A DNA stretch of 47,914 nucleotides, filler included, from Sphacelaria rigidula (lineage: Eukaryota), in NCBI GenBank assembly GCA_964200075.2. It is 2 parts of 2 records of this genome, joined end to end, with 100 filler letters (N's around TTAATTAATTAA, not from the genome) between each part and the next. Parts side by side here need not be neighbours in the genome. Positions count along the whole stretch, not along the records: positions 24,014 to 47,914 come from CAXNAA020000240.1; 1 more part is not named here. One strand, given 5' to 3'. Made by a program: the position numbers and the translations under genes. Of the stretch, positions 36,219 through 47,914 are shown one piece after another. The notes below the pieces were generated by a model that did no database searches, was not told the origin of the DNA, and worked only from the letters and a program-made list of their open reading frames with translations. Each line of letters starts with the position of its first letter. The first letter of the stretch is position 1.

Positions 36219-39200
36219 TGTGTTGTGACCGTTCCATGCATAGTACCGGCGACTGACTTCATCCGGTACCCTACACAGCACTGCGTTATTCGTACTACTG
36301 TGCAGGATGCACCCCCTCTCACCCGTTTCTCTAATCGCGAGCTGTGACTCAGAATCTGTAGAGGCCAGGACAACCTCAAATGGTGCCCAGCACTGCTAGT
36401 TGCAGCCTCAACGGAGACGTGTTATAGCGTGATGGACTGCTGTCAGAATAAGGCGGCTATGTACGCCGTATACATCAAAATATGGTGCGCAGAAATATTC
36501 AATTTCGAAAGAGTAATGTTAAAAAATCGTTTTTGACACCCAAATGACACACACCCCACGTCAGCGGACATCTAAGAGACGAGTTGATTTCCAACGTACC
36601 TGATATTTTCGGTGGGTTCGGCGTACTCGTCGTGTGTGGAGTGTTTTCTCCCATGAACTATCCTCTGCAATTAGTGTCGCCATGCCAAGAAGGGCTGTCT
36701 ACGGCGGACCCGCATATCCAAGCGGGTGCCATCGAAACGTCTAACATGTAACGTTTCGGGAAATATTCGAACTCCTCTCATTTCGAGTAGATATTCGTTG
36801 AACGGGTCGACTCAAGTCTCTCGGCCGCTGCCAGCGTAGTATTTCCTAGTGAACCTCCGTCCGTACGTGTAATGCACCAGTGAACCCCAACTCGCAATGC
36901 CTCACTAGATGCGGAAGATTCTTGGAGGATATGCTGCGGCACGGCGACTTCTTGTCGGAAGCCGATCGGTGTCAGCAATTGTCGGTCGATTGGGGCAGCC
37001 GACGCTCAACGCTTCTGTTCACGCTGCCCAAGGGAAATGAGCCGAAGCACCATGGCTTGTCCAAAGCCACTCATACCGTCGTCAACTCTCTCTCACCCAA
37101 GATGGAAAGTGTCACACGCAAGGCGGAAAAGTGAGTAGCAAATTGTGGTATTGTAGGCTTCGAGGTGGAAGCGGGAGAGAGAAGAGGGAGGGGGGCGTGC
37201 TTACAGGTGGATACGTGAATTTGTAAGGACGGTCAAGAGTATGGGTAACCATCACAGTTCATCTGGATAATTGTGAATCAAGATGTAGACAAACATCGCT
37301 CGCCGTACCTTCCTTCTGCGGTGCTTGCCTGATTTTCTATCGTGAAAAGGGTTCAGCGCGCTTCCCTTCGTAGACGGTAAAGTCGAATTAGGGCTGTGAA
37401 TTGGACCAGTTTATACTGTCGATGAGACTAGAATTGGAGTCAAGCTGAAACTGGCGACGAGGGCGCCAGTTGATGTAGTCTGTTTTAGGTTTGCCGTTGT
37501 CGGCTATTTTAATACTAATCGTCATATGGTGAGTTCAAATCGAAGATGCTTCATTGTATACGATTTGACCTTCATGTGTTTCCGTCATGGCCAACATGAA
37601 CGGAGCGACTGTCTTCAAACTACCACATTATTATGTTGTCACCTTCAACATCAACTTATCAACTTCAGATTTCAAACTCCATGTATCAGATTCCAATTTT
37701 TTCACCTTGTCTTAATTTCCATTTCTCCTCCCACCTCTTGCTTACCCTCCGTACCTGTGCGGTTTGTGCCCGATGCTGTTGGCTGTGAAGAGCTGGCGTC
37801 TGCAATGGCTTCGGTGGCATGATGTGCTATTCGTGAGTGGTGCTATGCACAGATTATGGTGTTTCCCACTGAACGCTTTCCGTGCAAAAGTATCGAGCAG
37901 CCTGAAGTTGGCATGTATGGCCTCGTCGCATGCTCACACAGTAGGAAAAAAACAAGTAAGGTGGGTCGAAGGGGGGATAACCCGTGTGATCGAAAGATGC
38001 GACTGTGAAGGGCGATTCGTCGAGTATGTTGCAAGCACCTGCATGATGGCGAAGCTCGATGCCACGTCTCGACGTGTGTCGCGTGTAGAATGGCACTTTC
38101 ATGCCTCTGCGATGATTTCTTCTGCCATAGCTCGTCATTACTATGGTTTTCTCGGATCATGCCTCCTCCCGTAGACAGTCGCTTTCAACCTCTTTGCGTC
38201 CCTCACCATCAGTTCAGCCACCCAGAGAAGCAGGATTCAATTCCCGCACCCCCAGGTGAATGAGCGATCAGTTCTCTCCTCGAGCTTATGAATGTTACTG
38301 AGTCGTTTTGAAGGTCTTGACGAGTTTCGCACAACGTGCATATTCTAACCGTTGGCTCTCTCTCTCTCTTGAACGATCATGCGTGGCCTATACTCGCAGA
38401 AACCTGGCTTCCCTGAGGGCGGTTCGAAATAATATGGTGGGCTCCCTAGCGGGCATTTGGCGATGCGCTGACATCCTGCTGGCGTATCCTGGCCTCGTTC
38501 GTTACTCCGCCTGGTCAGTTTAGAGTTTCAGCAAAGTCGGCAGTTGAAAAATCCTTGCATCGTAGCTCATGACGTCCTGCGTGAACGACTTCGCGAAAAC
38601 CCGAATCCATTGCCTTGCCTATCTTGGGATGGTTCCCAGAACCTGACAGCACAGTAGTTTGCGAATCGTGTCCCTTCTGTTTCGCTATGCTGCTCCCGAT
38701 CCGATATCGCCCACCCTTTGGTGAGTGAGGCAGCTCCGAGTCCGTTCATGGGGCAAACTAAGGGTGAATCATAGCGCTTTCGTTGCTGTACGCCGGCCCC
38801 ACTACACCGTCTGTTGATGAGTCTTGCCGGTCTCACTGCGCTGCGTTGTGGCAATGTTGCCTGTGAACGTATGTTTCACAATATATCTCCTTGACCGCCG
38901 AGAGTACGGGGGACCTGCCTATCGCCGGAGCACTGAACTGAACATGCCGAATAGGTACTCGGACAACTGATACCCAAAAGCCTGAGCGGAATTTCCATTG
39001 TCCGAAAGAAGATTTAGTCAGATATGGCCGTATTGATGACTCGACCTGAGCGACAGTGCGTTTGTTGCGGATGCCGGAACTGACAGGCTACACGCAGCGC
39101 ACTGCGTGTTCACCACCTTGGCAGATACGCAAAACCGCCAAATGTTCGAGAGAGTGCGAAAAGTGTACAACGCATTGAAGCCAGAGGGACACCTGCCCGT

Positions 39201-40129
39201 GCCACCGTTCGAGGAGTGGACGGACGTGTCGCAGGTTTGCGACTTCATCGTCTGCAGGTGACTTCATCGTCTGGAGTAGTGATTGCAAGTGCGCGCAGTT
39301 GTGGTTGCCTGTAACTCCTTTCTTGAAGTTCGTTGACGTGAACACCAAAATGACATAACTGCACGTTCACACCGGTATCTACATCCCCATGCATATATAT
39401 ATATATATTTAACTGTTACTCCGTATCCGTCGAAAATGGTCGACTGTATATGTAGCATATCAAAGATTTTAGCCAATTTGCGCTCGTTGTCGGGGCGGTG
39501 ACAAATACATGTTGATGTGAATCATGAAGAATCAAGGTACTGAAAAGAGCAAGGTCCAGGAAAATTGTGTGATTCGGAGTGCGGTGAAGGACAACTGGTT
39601 AGATTGATATGTTGTTTCTCGTTTTCCCATGGCTTTCTTTACGAATGGGATGTAGAACTAAAACGTTAGCCGAATCATTTCACTGCACTTGTGATTACAT
39701 GCCGTGAAGCATTCTAAAAATTACCAAATGCTCCCGTGACTTCCCTTGAGCGCCCTTCCAGGTACCATGCAACGCCTGGCATCGTTCCCACGGTCTCTCA
39801 AACTCTCGTTTCGTTGGATAAAGATGATTTTTTTCTGTAGAAAACTCGTGAGGAATTACTTCTGTGGTCGCTAGTTTGAATATCTTTCACACCCTGGACA
39901 ATACAATACGTAATATATATATATATATTGCCCGCTCAATATATCAACGCGTCGGGTGGTCAATATATATTGGGCGAGCAATATGATGACATGAGAGAGG
40001 GTCAGTATATATTGTGCCATCAATATATCAAGGCTCGCGACATGCAATACATATCGACCGAACAATATATCACGACACGCGCCACATCAATATATTGGCC
40101 GAGTAATGTGTTGGTGCGAGAAGGCACCA

Positions 40130-40164
<35 letters not shown>

Positions 40165-41054
40165 GTAATATATTTCCTGCCACCCGAGGTCAATATATAT
40201 TGACGATTCAATACACTCGACACCCGAAGCGCCGATACATATTGCCGCCCCAATATGTCGTGCGTCAATGCGTCCAATATATGTTGGGCGGACAATACAC
40301 GAGGGAACCGACGGCCACAATACATACTGGTGCAACAAAATATATTGATTATCAACATATAGATTGGAAAGTGTATTGGAATTAGTATGGTGGGCAGTTC
40401 TTCGTTCGCGGGCGCCATTCAAAGACGTATTTTACATGCCGAAAATGCTCAATGTATTCCTCCGCAAGCGTGTTCAATATATATTGGCTCCACAATGGCT
40501 ATCCGAACAGCGTGCACAATATATATTGGAAAAACAATACTTCTGCATGGTTTGCGTTCAATATATATTATGTTGAAAATATGCTACGCATCGCCTCGAC
40601 TCAATATATATGGACACTTCAATACATACACGGCCGGCATGCACAATATATATTGAATGTTTTGTTCCCGGAGCAACTGCATGTCCAATATATATTGACA
40701 TACATTACTTCATGATCATGACACGAGCAACATATGTTGTTGCTTCAATGTCTCCGAGGATTTTTCAACACAATATATATTGAAAGGACAATATTTGCGC
40801 TGGCTCCAATACAAAGTATTGGTATCATATTGGAGTATGCTATATTGTCCAGGGTATAAGCAACACAGCCCCGGTGACCACAGGGGTCCCAAAAAGCGCG
40901 TATCGACCCGTGTTTTCTGTCGTCGTGATGTTTAGCCAAGATGTTTATATTGCATGCTGGAAAGGGGATGGGCGGCCCCGCACCGGTGGCCAGATAGATA
41001 TCAGGAGGCATATATACCGGGTCGCCTCTTCTGTCACCATATGTTCTAACCAGT

Positions 41055-41086
<32 letters not shown>

Positions 41087-44000
41087 CAAACGCATTCGAC
41101 AACTTTTCGGAGTAATGCACACGAACTTCTGCGGCTCCCTTTCAAGCTTTTCCCAATCTGCACGGGCTCCGGCATCCATCGCGTGTGGATCTCTCCTAGA
41201 GCGTACACGATACTTATGATATCTAATATATATTGACCGGCCAATATATCGTCACCCACGCAGATCCAATATATATTGACCGGTCAAAATGTTCTCATCA
41301 ATGCGACCCCAATATATTTTGGTCGTGCAATATGCTGTCGCCCACGCTGCCCCAATATATATTGATGGGACAGTATGTGTTCAACCCAATAGTACCAATA
41401 TAAATTGGGCGGGCAATATGTATGCAGTCCCACGACATCAATATAAATTGGGCGGGCAATACACGTACAGTCTAAGGATACCAATATGTATATTGCACTG
41501 GCAATATATCGCAAAATTCCAATATGATCGACTACTATATATTGGAAACATATTGTATTGTCCAGGGTGTGATATTTTTCAAAAACATCACGCCGTATTT
41601 TCCCTCCAATTTTCGTAATTGTTCGCGTTCCAAACCACAAAGGCTGCATTTGGAGACACGCAATGAGAAAGCCTTAACTGGAAACGTACGAAAGCTCAGG
41701 ATTGCGACTATCTAAAGATGTATGTCTTGGGTTTAAACGAGAAGTGCCGCGATCATGGAAAACGAATCAGAATGCGTACCCCTGAACAGGCTGTCTAAGT
41801 CTGATGATGAAATCAGAATTGATCGTCCGTAACCAGCGTGCAGAACCAGATCTATCAGGAAGACTGCCAGATTGTTGAACACCACTCGAGACATGTTTCG
41901 TTTTCTCGAGTGATGGCTTCGGGGTTATGATGCACTTTTCCACACGGTTCATAGGCAACAGCACTTGCCCAAGAATCGCACAACTGGGAACGTGAGAACA
42001 TTCTTTCCACCGAAAGTTGGATAAGTGTTCCTTAACATTTGATACAGACAGTACAAATGGTGAAGGAGATATAACTTGACGCAAAAGCAAAGTGTTTCAT
42101 GGCACACATTTTGTATTTTTCAAGTCTCCAACGCCTCCACATTGTTGGTTGCGCCATGACATATTTCTCGTTATTATTGGGCGAGAAAAGTCGCAGATTC
42201 CCTAATTTTTTTCATCAATGATCTCATGGCTTGATTAATCTGGAGTTTTCGTTCTCATGGACTATACTTGTCTATCTGGTCCTTCTTTGCCATCCTTTGT
42301 TACATGACCCGCAATACTTGAAAGGTGAACCGAACAGTTCATGGCCATTAGCCGTCGAAGATTCAACGTCTTCTAAAAATACGTGCGTACTAGATATAGA
42401 TAACCCCTCTACTCCGTGAGTATGTCCGGTTAAGTCTTAGAAGGTCGTCGGAATGCCCTCCGGTTTCAAATCGAACTGTTGCATTGGATTCCTTGAAAGT
42501 TCTTCCCGCTAGAAAATATTCTCCTGTAATGTGATAAGACAAGGAGTATGAAGTTGCTCTTGTCATTTCCCAAGATAATAGAGAATATATGGCTGGCGGG
42601 TATGAGAAGTAGATCTCAGGTGCATGAGGGCACGTGCATCTGAACAGCCGTGCACAAACTTGTCACGTTTGGAAGACAGAGTACGTCGTGGTCGGTAACA
42701 GGTGTTGGATGACGTGGATTTGTAGGCATACAGCACTCCTTTTCGGTTGAGCAGCGACCAATAGCAGCTGCTGCAGGTTGAACGTCTGCATGCGCTTTGA
42801 GGCTTGAAGTATTCCGTGATTCGATAGATTTGTGCTATGGCTTATTCAAGAGCATGTGGTGTTTCGAAGGATGACTCGGCAAGAGTTCATCGCCACCTAG
42901 CCCAACTCGGTTCCTCATTGCCGATTTGGAAGCCAGCATAACGGTAGAGACTAATTGAACACATCTTGAAGGGTCAGCACTCACGCCAGGCTGATCCTAG
43001 GCTGAGTACCACTCTACTGTCTTTGCACCGGTTGGTCAGCTGATTACATCGCACTCCTTCACTCGAAAAATCTCGCTTCATTCGCTCAGACTTGCTTCCA
43101 TTTTCTTATTTCTACTGGTCTTTGCCTTCCTCTACATCATGGTTTTGCACGTGTTTCAATGGCTGTCGAGAAAACGGAGTGTTCATCCGTGTCGGGAGTC
43201 AAAGCCTTTGATTCTTTTGCAAACAGCTCTATTCTTGCTTCATCTTGAATCGATCCCATTTTCACTGTCGGTCACTCACGTTCTTGGCTTCTCTATAATA
43301 AGAGATATTTCGACAGGTGTCCAATATATCACTAACTTTTCTCGTATAGACACAAAACGGGGTGCCGTTCTCAGGCGTTGCACGGCTGTGGTTCAATATG
43401 GACTCTCAAGATATGCTCATCCAAACCCAAGCATATTCACGCACACGCTCATCACTACTTTTGGTGCTACTCCGACCCTACACGTCTCACGTTACGCTTG
43501 CTTTTGATGGCGAATAAACAAAACAGATCGATGAAGGTGAACCAGAAACAATTCAGGTCCGCACACGAAAGCTCTGACAAGGGTGCCTCATCCCATGTTG
43601 TTGGTGTTCCGGACTCGGAATACGCGGTCCCTCTGAGCCCCAAGCAGTGCATACCGGGCGACACAACACACCCTTCAACAACGTCGACGGGTGTCGCCAG
43701 CACCATGAGATCCTCGAGCCCTTCGAATGCTTCCTTCCGCGCGAAGAGTCCGCACAAGGAGCAGCAAGAAGGATTTAACAAGGCGATGGACAACCTGCAG
43801 GAGAGCTCCAGCGAGAGCGCCTGTCAGCTGGACGCGATTGACGGCTCGTCGCGGAAGCAGACGCCCTTGTCGTTCGGCGACATGGTTGACAGCACATCTA
43901 CGGCGGCAGCCGTCACCGCGGCGGCCGTCACCCCGGCGTTTGGACAGGTGGTCTGGAACGATGGAAGTGTTGCAAAGGTGCGTGATGGTGCAGCCCCGGG

Positions 44001-44757
44001 TAGGTGTTGCGTTGCCGGCTGTCTGTACGGCTTCTCCTGTGCTGCAACCGAATGCGTCGAGAGCAGGGGTGGCAGTGGTGTTTGTGGAGCAGGTTGCGAT
44101 GGTGTAGCTCCTCAACAAGCTCAGCCTTGTTATCCTGTAGGAAGTGATGACGAACAAGAGGCACTCTTCGGCATTGGACCGGGCGTGCAGCATTTCTGGA
44201 TGTCGGCGTTCGATCCTGCGCTAGCGGTGCCCGAGCGCAAGGATGATCATGGAACGGAGACATCGGCAGAAGAGCCAACGGCAAAGTGCAACCGAGCAGC
44301 CAAGCGGGCATTGGTTTGGGCACAAAGGGATGCGGCGACCAATACGCAGAAAATGTCTCTTGCCGAGCAGCTTTGGCGTGGAAGTTATGCGAGCTGTGAG
44401 GAGGAAGAATTTTCGTCGCCGCTGCCCGTCACCGTGGGCTGTTCCGGCAACAGTAATGGCTTACGCGATGCCGGAGCAGCGTCGATATCAAGCGCATCAA
44501 CAGTATCGGGCTCGCCAGTGCGCCGAACTCCCGAGGGGAGAGTATCATTGGTTTCTCCTAACGTCAGCGCTCACGCAGCCGGCGACGATATCACACCTCC
44601 CCATGAAAACAGCAGCAGAGGTGGGGTGGAGGCTCGAGATGGAAGTGTGTCACCGCTGGGTGCAATAGAAATCAGCCTTGAGGCAGAGGACATGTATGTC
44701 GAGGATGATTTGTTCAGCAAGGTGTTTCTCGAAGAAGCCTTCGGATTCCCGGAGTAG
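26508..44757 (+). CDS. Multi-exon brown-algal Zn2Cys6-like protein, 5'-incomplete: 26508..26753, 27302..27409, 28206..28476, 29604..29677, 31364..31409, 32691..32765, 33874..33984, 35429..35490, 36909..37130, 38400..38513, 39087..39257, 43527..44757
   Basis: Phase-compatible GT..AG exons give one open frame. Blocks LCIERRRAECVY, PSPATGLLGMQENVFLWDYF, TCLFWCAIALGALVRG, YPGLVR and PVPPFEEW..CDFIVCR resemble, from recall rather than a search, an expanded Ectocarpus family. The middle exons (35-38 kb) are less certain. Confidence 0.7.
27302..27409 (+). CDS. Zn2Cys6-like gene exon (CPLNPSPATGLLGMQENVFLWDYFDCLGLLPFVTK)
   Basis: Acceptor cag|G, donor AG|GTGCAC. Confidence 0.8.
28206..28476 (+). CDS. 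Zn2Cys6-like gene exon (...TCLFWCAIALGALVRGPPMEK)
   Basis: Acceptor tacag|C, donor AAG|GTGAGC. Confidence 0.8.
29604..29677 (+). CDS. Zn2Cys6-like gene exon (VKRYVQMARRALAGCFDECTLGTA)
   Basis: Acceptor tttgtag|GTT, donor AG|GTGAAG. Confidence 0.75.
31364..31409 (+). CDS. Zn2Cys6-like gene exon (AHMMMAFVHNFLGEK)
   Basis: Acceptor cgcag|G, donor AAG|GTCAGT; phase fits both neighbours. Confidence 0.7.
32691..32765 (+). CDS. Zn2Cys6-like gene exon (VKHGKYMGFAKNILEELQLSQEIPP)
   Basis: Acceptor gacag|GTG, donor CCG|GTGAGC. Confidence 0.7.
33874..33984 (+). CDS. Zn2Cys6-like gene exon (EMVRLLMMEEK...QSLPE)
   Basis: Acceptor ttag|GAG, donor GAG|GTAAGG. Confidence 0.7.
34205..34593. mobile_element. 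Palindromic MITE in an intron
   Basis: Inverted arms of about 150 bp, e.g. gaaagcccgtgatctgacggga / tcccgtcagatcacgggctttc. Confidence 0.8.
35429..35490 (+). CDS. Probable Zn2Cys6-like gene exon (PSDAEQAECLASFIMHADIR)
   Basis: Acceptor ttcag|CCA, donor GG|GTGAGT. Confidence 0.5.
36182..36217. repeat. (TA)n(GA)n microsatellite; other (TA)n runs near 39393, 40133 and 41059
   Basis: Read directly from the sequence. Confidence 0.95.
36909..37130 (+). CDS. Probable Zn2Cys6-like gene exon (CGRFLEDMLRHG...TRKAE)
   Basis: Acceptor actag|A, donor AA|GTGAGT; inside ORF 36880..37134. Confidence 0.55.
38400..38513 (+). CDS. Zn2Cys6-like gene exon (NLASLRAVR...CADILLAYPGLVRYSA)
   Basis: Acceptor cgcag|A, donor TG|GTCAGT. 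Confidence 0.75.
39087..39257 (+). CDS. Zn2Cys6-like gene exon (LHAAHCVF...PVPPFEEWTDVSQVCDFIVC)
   Basis: Acceptor gacag|G, donor AG|GTGACT. Confidence 0.8.
39888..41571. mobile_element. TIR element with many CAATATATATTG-type subterminal motifs
   Basis: Perfect 21-bp TIR CACACCCTGGACAATACAATA; an extra internal TIR-like copy at about 40842-40855. Confidence 0.85.
43527..44757 (+). CDS. Zn2Cys6-like gene terminal exon (Ser/Ala-rich, acidic C-terminus)
   Basis: Part of the 459-aa ORF 43378..44757; phase-2 acceptor aacag|A gives CR-SMKV; TAG stop. Confidence 0.75.
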
Positions 44758-46680
44758 AATGGGAGGGTTCCTGGAGACGGTGTACGGATGTTTACCAGTC
44801 TAGGTCCGAACTGGTCGCCACGCTGTACTCAACCACCGAATGGTGAGTTATTCTTATTGACATTTGTGTGGTGTGCTGCTGCACAGACCTCGTCGAACAC
44901 GGAGGTGCTGCCAGCATTGTGGTTGCCTGTCATACAACTTAACACCCGATGAAGGTTTGGGTGTAGCAATTTGTACATGATAGGACTGGACGCAATTCAT
45001 ACGCGGGGTTTTAAAGCGGGGGGAAAGGTTCCTAACGTGGTGTTGATGGATTTTATTCGCGCGTCTGATATGTATACAAGCGAGCAAGGAACGTTATCAT
45101 CTCTTCATACTGACGCGGTACTGCCCTGAAATTTGAAGGAATTGGGTGATACGAGACTGCAGAGTGTCGCGTGCACACTGTGCTCATTTTGTCGTAATTT
45201 TGTGTCCCCCCTTCCTCACTTTATATATTTCTTTCATTAGCTCACGTCTTCGATCTTCCCATGGCGGAAACTAGTGTAGTAAACCAGCAGTGTTGGTATT
45301 CCAATCCATTATTATAGGTACAGTATTTAAAGCATTTACGGTACCCGGTGAAGTATTGTCTATTGTACCTGGTTGTATGTTGAACTTCAGCGACGCCCGC
45401 CCTTCGTTCGATCTTTGTTCCATGTGGCCTAGCAATATATGTTTTCCTTCGTGCATTGCCCCTTGAAGGGTGTCTTCGATGTCTGACTTGCGGTAGGCGT
45501 AGCGAGTTGCAAGTGTGAAGGGTGTATTCCCCTTTTATCGTTTCCGTTTCGTCGTTGCTCAATTTCATGTCAGGCGTGGGGTTTTGTGCTTTTCTTAAAT
45601 TATTTTACACCACCAATATGATGCAGCTTTGGGTACGTGATGCTGGATCGCCAAATATACAGAAATGAGCAAAGCGCTTTGTGGAGTAGAAATAGCACCC
45701 ACCCAGTCATTTTCAAGTAGTGGCAAGTGGTGAGTATGAAATGGTGTCTGTATCCTTGTCCTAGCTCCGCACAAGATTTTTATTCCAGTCAATGTTGGAG
45801 CGTGGGATGCTTCTTGTTGGGGTGCTGAACCGGACCCTCTTGTGCATAAAATGAGGCAAGGGTAGGGTTGTGGTTGTTCGGTCGTGGTCGTCCCTTCTGT
45901 GTGTGTCTGTTGCATATATCCACGCGGCGGTTGGTTCGTAAGACAGTACGAATGATGCCGCAAGTAATTTGACACGCGGGCGCATATAAGACTGTCGGGA
46001 TATATGCCCATGGCGGTATGCGCAACTACGGTTGCCCGGCGGCGCGCTTTGTTTTATTTATCATTTCCCGTGATTTTTAATTTTCGGCGGACGCAAGTAT
46101 AATCGTAGTTTAGGCGGTCATTGTTTTTATCACTGTCGGTACTGTTTAATGTCAGTAATACTCTCACCTGTATTGTTTTTGGCAGCAACTCGTCGCTGTA
46201 GCTGAGATCCAGCTACATCCCGCTCGGTTGCATTCCTGCAGTTTACTCTTTTGTTTGAAGTTCAGTAGAGCCTTGAGTTCTGATACATCGGGCGTGAAGC
46301 TACAGTCAAGTGGTGTTCGCTGCGCGAGCACACAGGATGGTTTGTAAGTATTTCCTTGGGTACAGTTTGTCATTTGCGAGGCCCCTCCTAATTACAAACA
46401 TAAAGCAACACTAGGAAATTGCCAGGGCTGGGTACTGGCGAAGTCAGTCAGGATCCTGTATACTGGCTTCGAAGCCAGTATACAGGATCCGATCAGTACA
46501 GTGGTGCCCCCCCTCCGGCTGGTGAGGGGGCCCCGCCGGAGGCGCTTTTTTACGCGATTTGGCTTCACTAGAGCATAAAAAATGAGTGATTTTGGCCCAT
46601 GTGACAGAGGCACTATATCGCGGGGAAACGATAGAAATTTCGAGGACAGCGCCCAAAATTATTGGTTCTCTATTTTTTTA

Positions 46681-46860
46681 GGCCAACTTCTATGGGAGCG
46701 TTTAGAATTTTATTTTGCAATAATTTTAAACGACTTTTTTTCTTTTTTCTTTGCCGTGGTTGTGTATTTTGTATCCGTTCACCATGATGACAAAGAAGAA
46801 AAAAAACTCCTCTGAAATTGTTGCAAAATAAAATTACAAACGCTCCCATAAGAGTTGGCC
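46681..46860. mobile_element. PIF/Harbinger (Tourist-like) MITE with TTA target-site duplication
   Basis: TIRs GGCCAACT..TATGGGAGCGTTT; TTA at 46678-80 and 46861-63. Confidence 0.8.
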
Positions 46861-47291
46861 TTACATGAGGGAATGTGGCACGAATCTTTGACTTTGCAAC
46901 ACCCACAAACTCCAGGATCTTCAGGATCGTGGGACACGTAGTCTGTGCATATGAAAGTGCATCAAACTGTATCTTCCACCAAACCCCTTACGTTGAGGAG
47001 AATTAAAAAAATGCAAGCAACCAAGTAGAAAGCCCTGTAAAACCAGCAGTTGAAAGCACAAGGCACAAGGTTAAAAGGTGGTGAGCGGCACTCTTGTTTA
47101 CTGGACTGGACAACCTCTCGCAAAAAAACGAAGGAAACAACGACACGGCAGCCCTGAAATTAAACCAAGAAGCCAACAAAAAAACAAGAAACAAAGGGGA
47201 CACGAACCAGCTTAGCATGCTAGTACGTACGCGATAAGCATGGTGCCAAAGCTACACAACCGTAACCTACAGGGCGGTGCCAGCGCTGTGG

Positions 47292-47318
47292 GCTGCTGCT
47301 GCTGCTGCTGCTGCTGCT
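47292..47318. repeat. (CTG)n microsatellite
   Basis: gctgctgctg run. Confidence 0.95.
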
Positions 47319-47914
47319 CGGCTGACGCAGCGGACGTAGCTGCTGCTGACGCAGCAGCCCCACCACTGCCGGGGTCTGAAGCAGACGGCGAGCTGCCAGA
47401 GAAGACAAACCTGTCCATCGTTGTATGGTCTCCCGAGCTGTATGGTTCGCGTGGGATGTGCTGTGTGCTGTGTCTCCTTTGAGGCGGCCTGAATAGATGG
47501 GTTTCCGCTGGTTTTTGAGGCGTGTTGAGGAATCTACGTAGATGTGTATGTACTGGTGTATATGCACTGGCAGTACATATGCACGGGCAGTACGTACTGG
47601 TTCAGTACCCAAGCCTAAAAATTGCCTTTTTGGAGGTTTTACGTCGCTTCACGCCCTGAAAAAGAGAAATGGGGGTTTTTACATGTTGGAATTGTTACAG
47701 GGTGGATGATGACTCTGAATAGAAGGCTATAGGGTGATGCGATTGCGGGTCTGCCGAACCACTCTTCAGCCCAATGACGATTTATAAAAGATAAAGACGC
47801 TATCTCCCGCTAGCGCACACGAGGTCAGAGAAAGAAAGACCAAAAACCAATGCAATCCGAGGGCAAATGTGTCATATCGTCTCACGATAGCCGAACTGCA
47901 CTGCACCATTGCTG

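Larger units (their letters stand above)
46423..47617. mobile_element. Non-autonomous hAT element with 8-bp target-site duplication
   Basis: TIRs CAGGGCTGGGTACTG / CAGTACCCAAGCCTA; flanks GAAATTGC (46415-22) and AAAATTGC (47618-25). Confidence 0.75.

Noticed and set aside
43378-43526. Stand-alone 459-aa gene starting at 43378
   Set aside because: It has a non-ATG start and is better explained as the terminal exon of the upstream spliced gene.

Overview
Intron-rich, transposon-dense eukaryotic DNA, most likely a brown alga (Ectocarpales-like). That assignment is inferred from gene-family resemblance, GT-AG introns and TTAGGG repeats. Two spliced genes can be rebuilt by hand. (1) A minus-strand, six-exon, stop-free hAT-transposase-derived gene of about 954 aa (20865->5522). 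It has a BED zinc finger, the D-D-E catalytic residues, CxxH, RW and the C-terminal hAT dimerisation domain. Its two large introns (about 4.9 and 6.2 kb) are packed with nested repeats, so it is a candidate domesticated transposase. (2) A plus-strand gene of at least 12 exons (26508->44757) resembling the brown-algal Zn2Cys6-like family; its first exon was not found. The rest is MITEs (hAT-, Tc1/mariner- and Harbinger-like), tRNA-derived SINEs, foldback elements, a repeat family with hairpin ends and an internal tRNA-like cassette, microsatellites and two assembly gaps. All exon models are manual predictions without transcript evidence.
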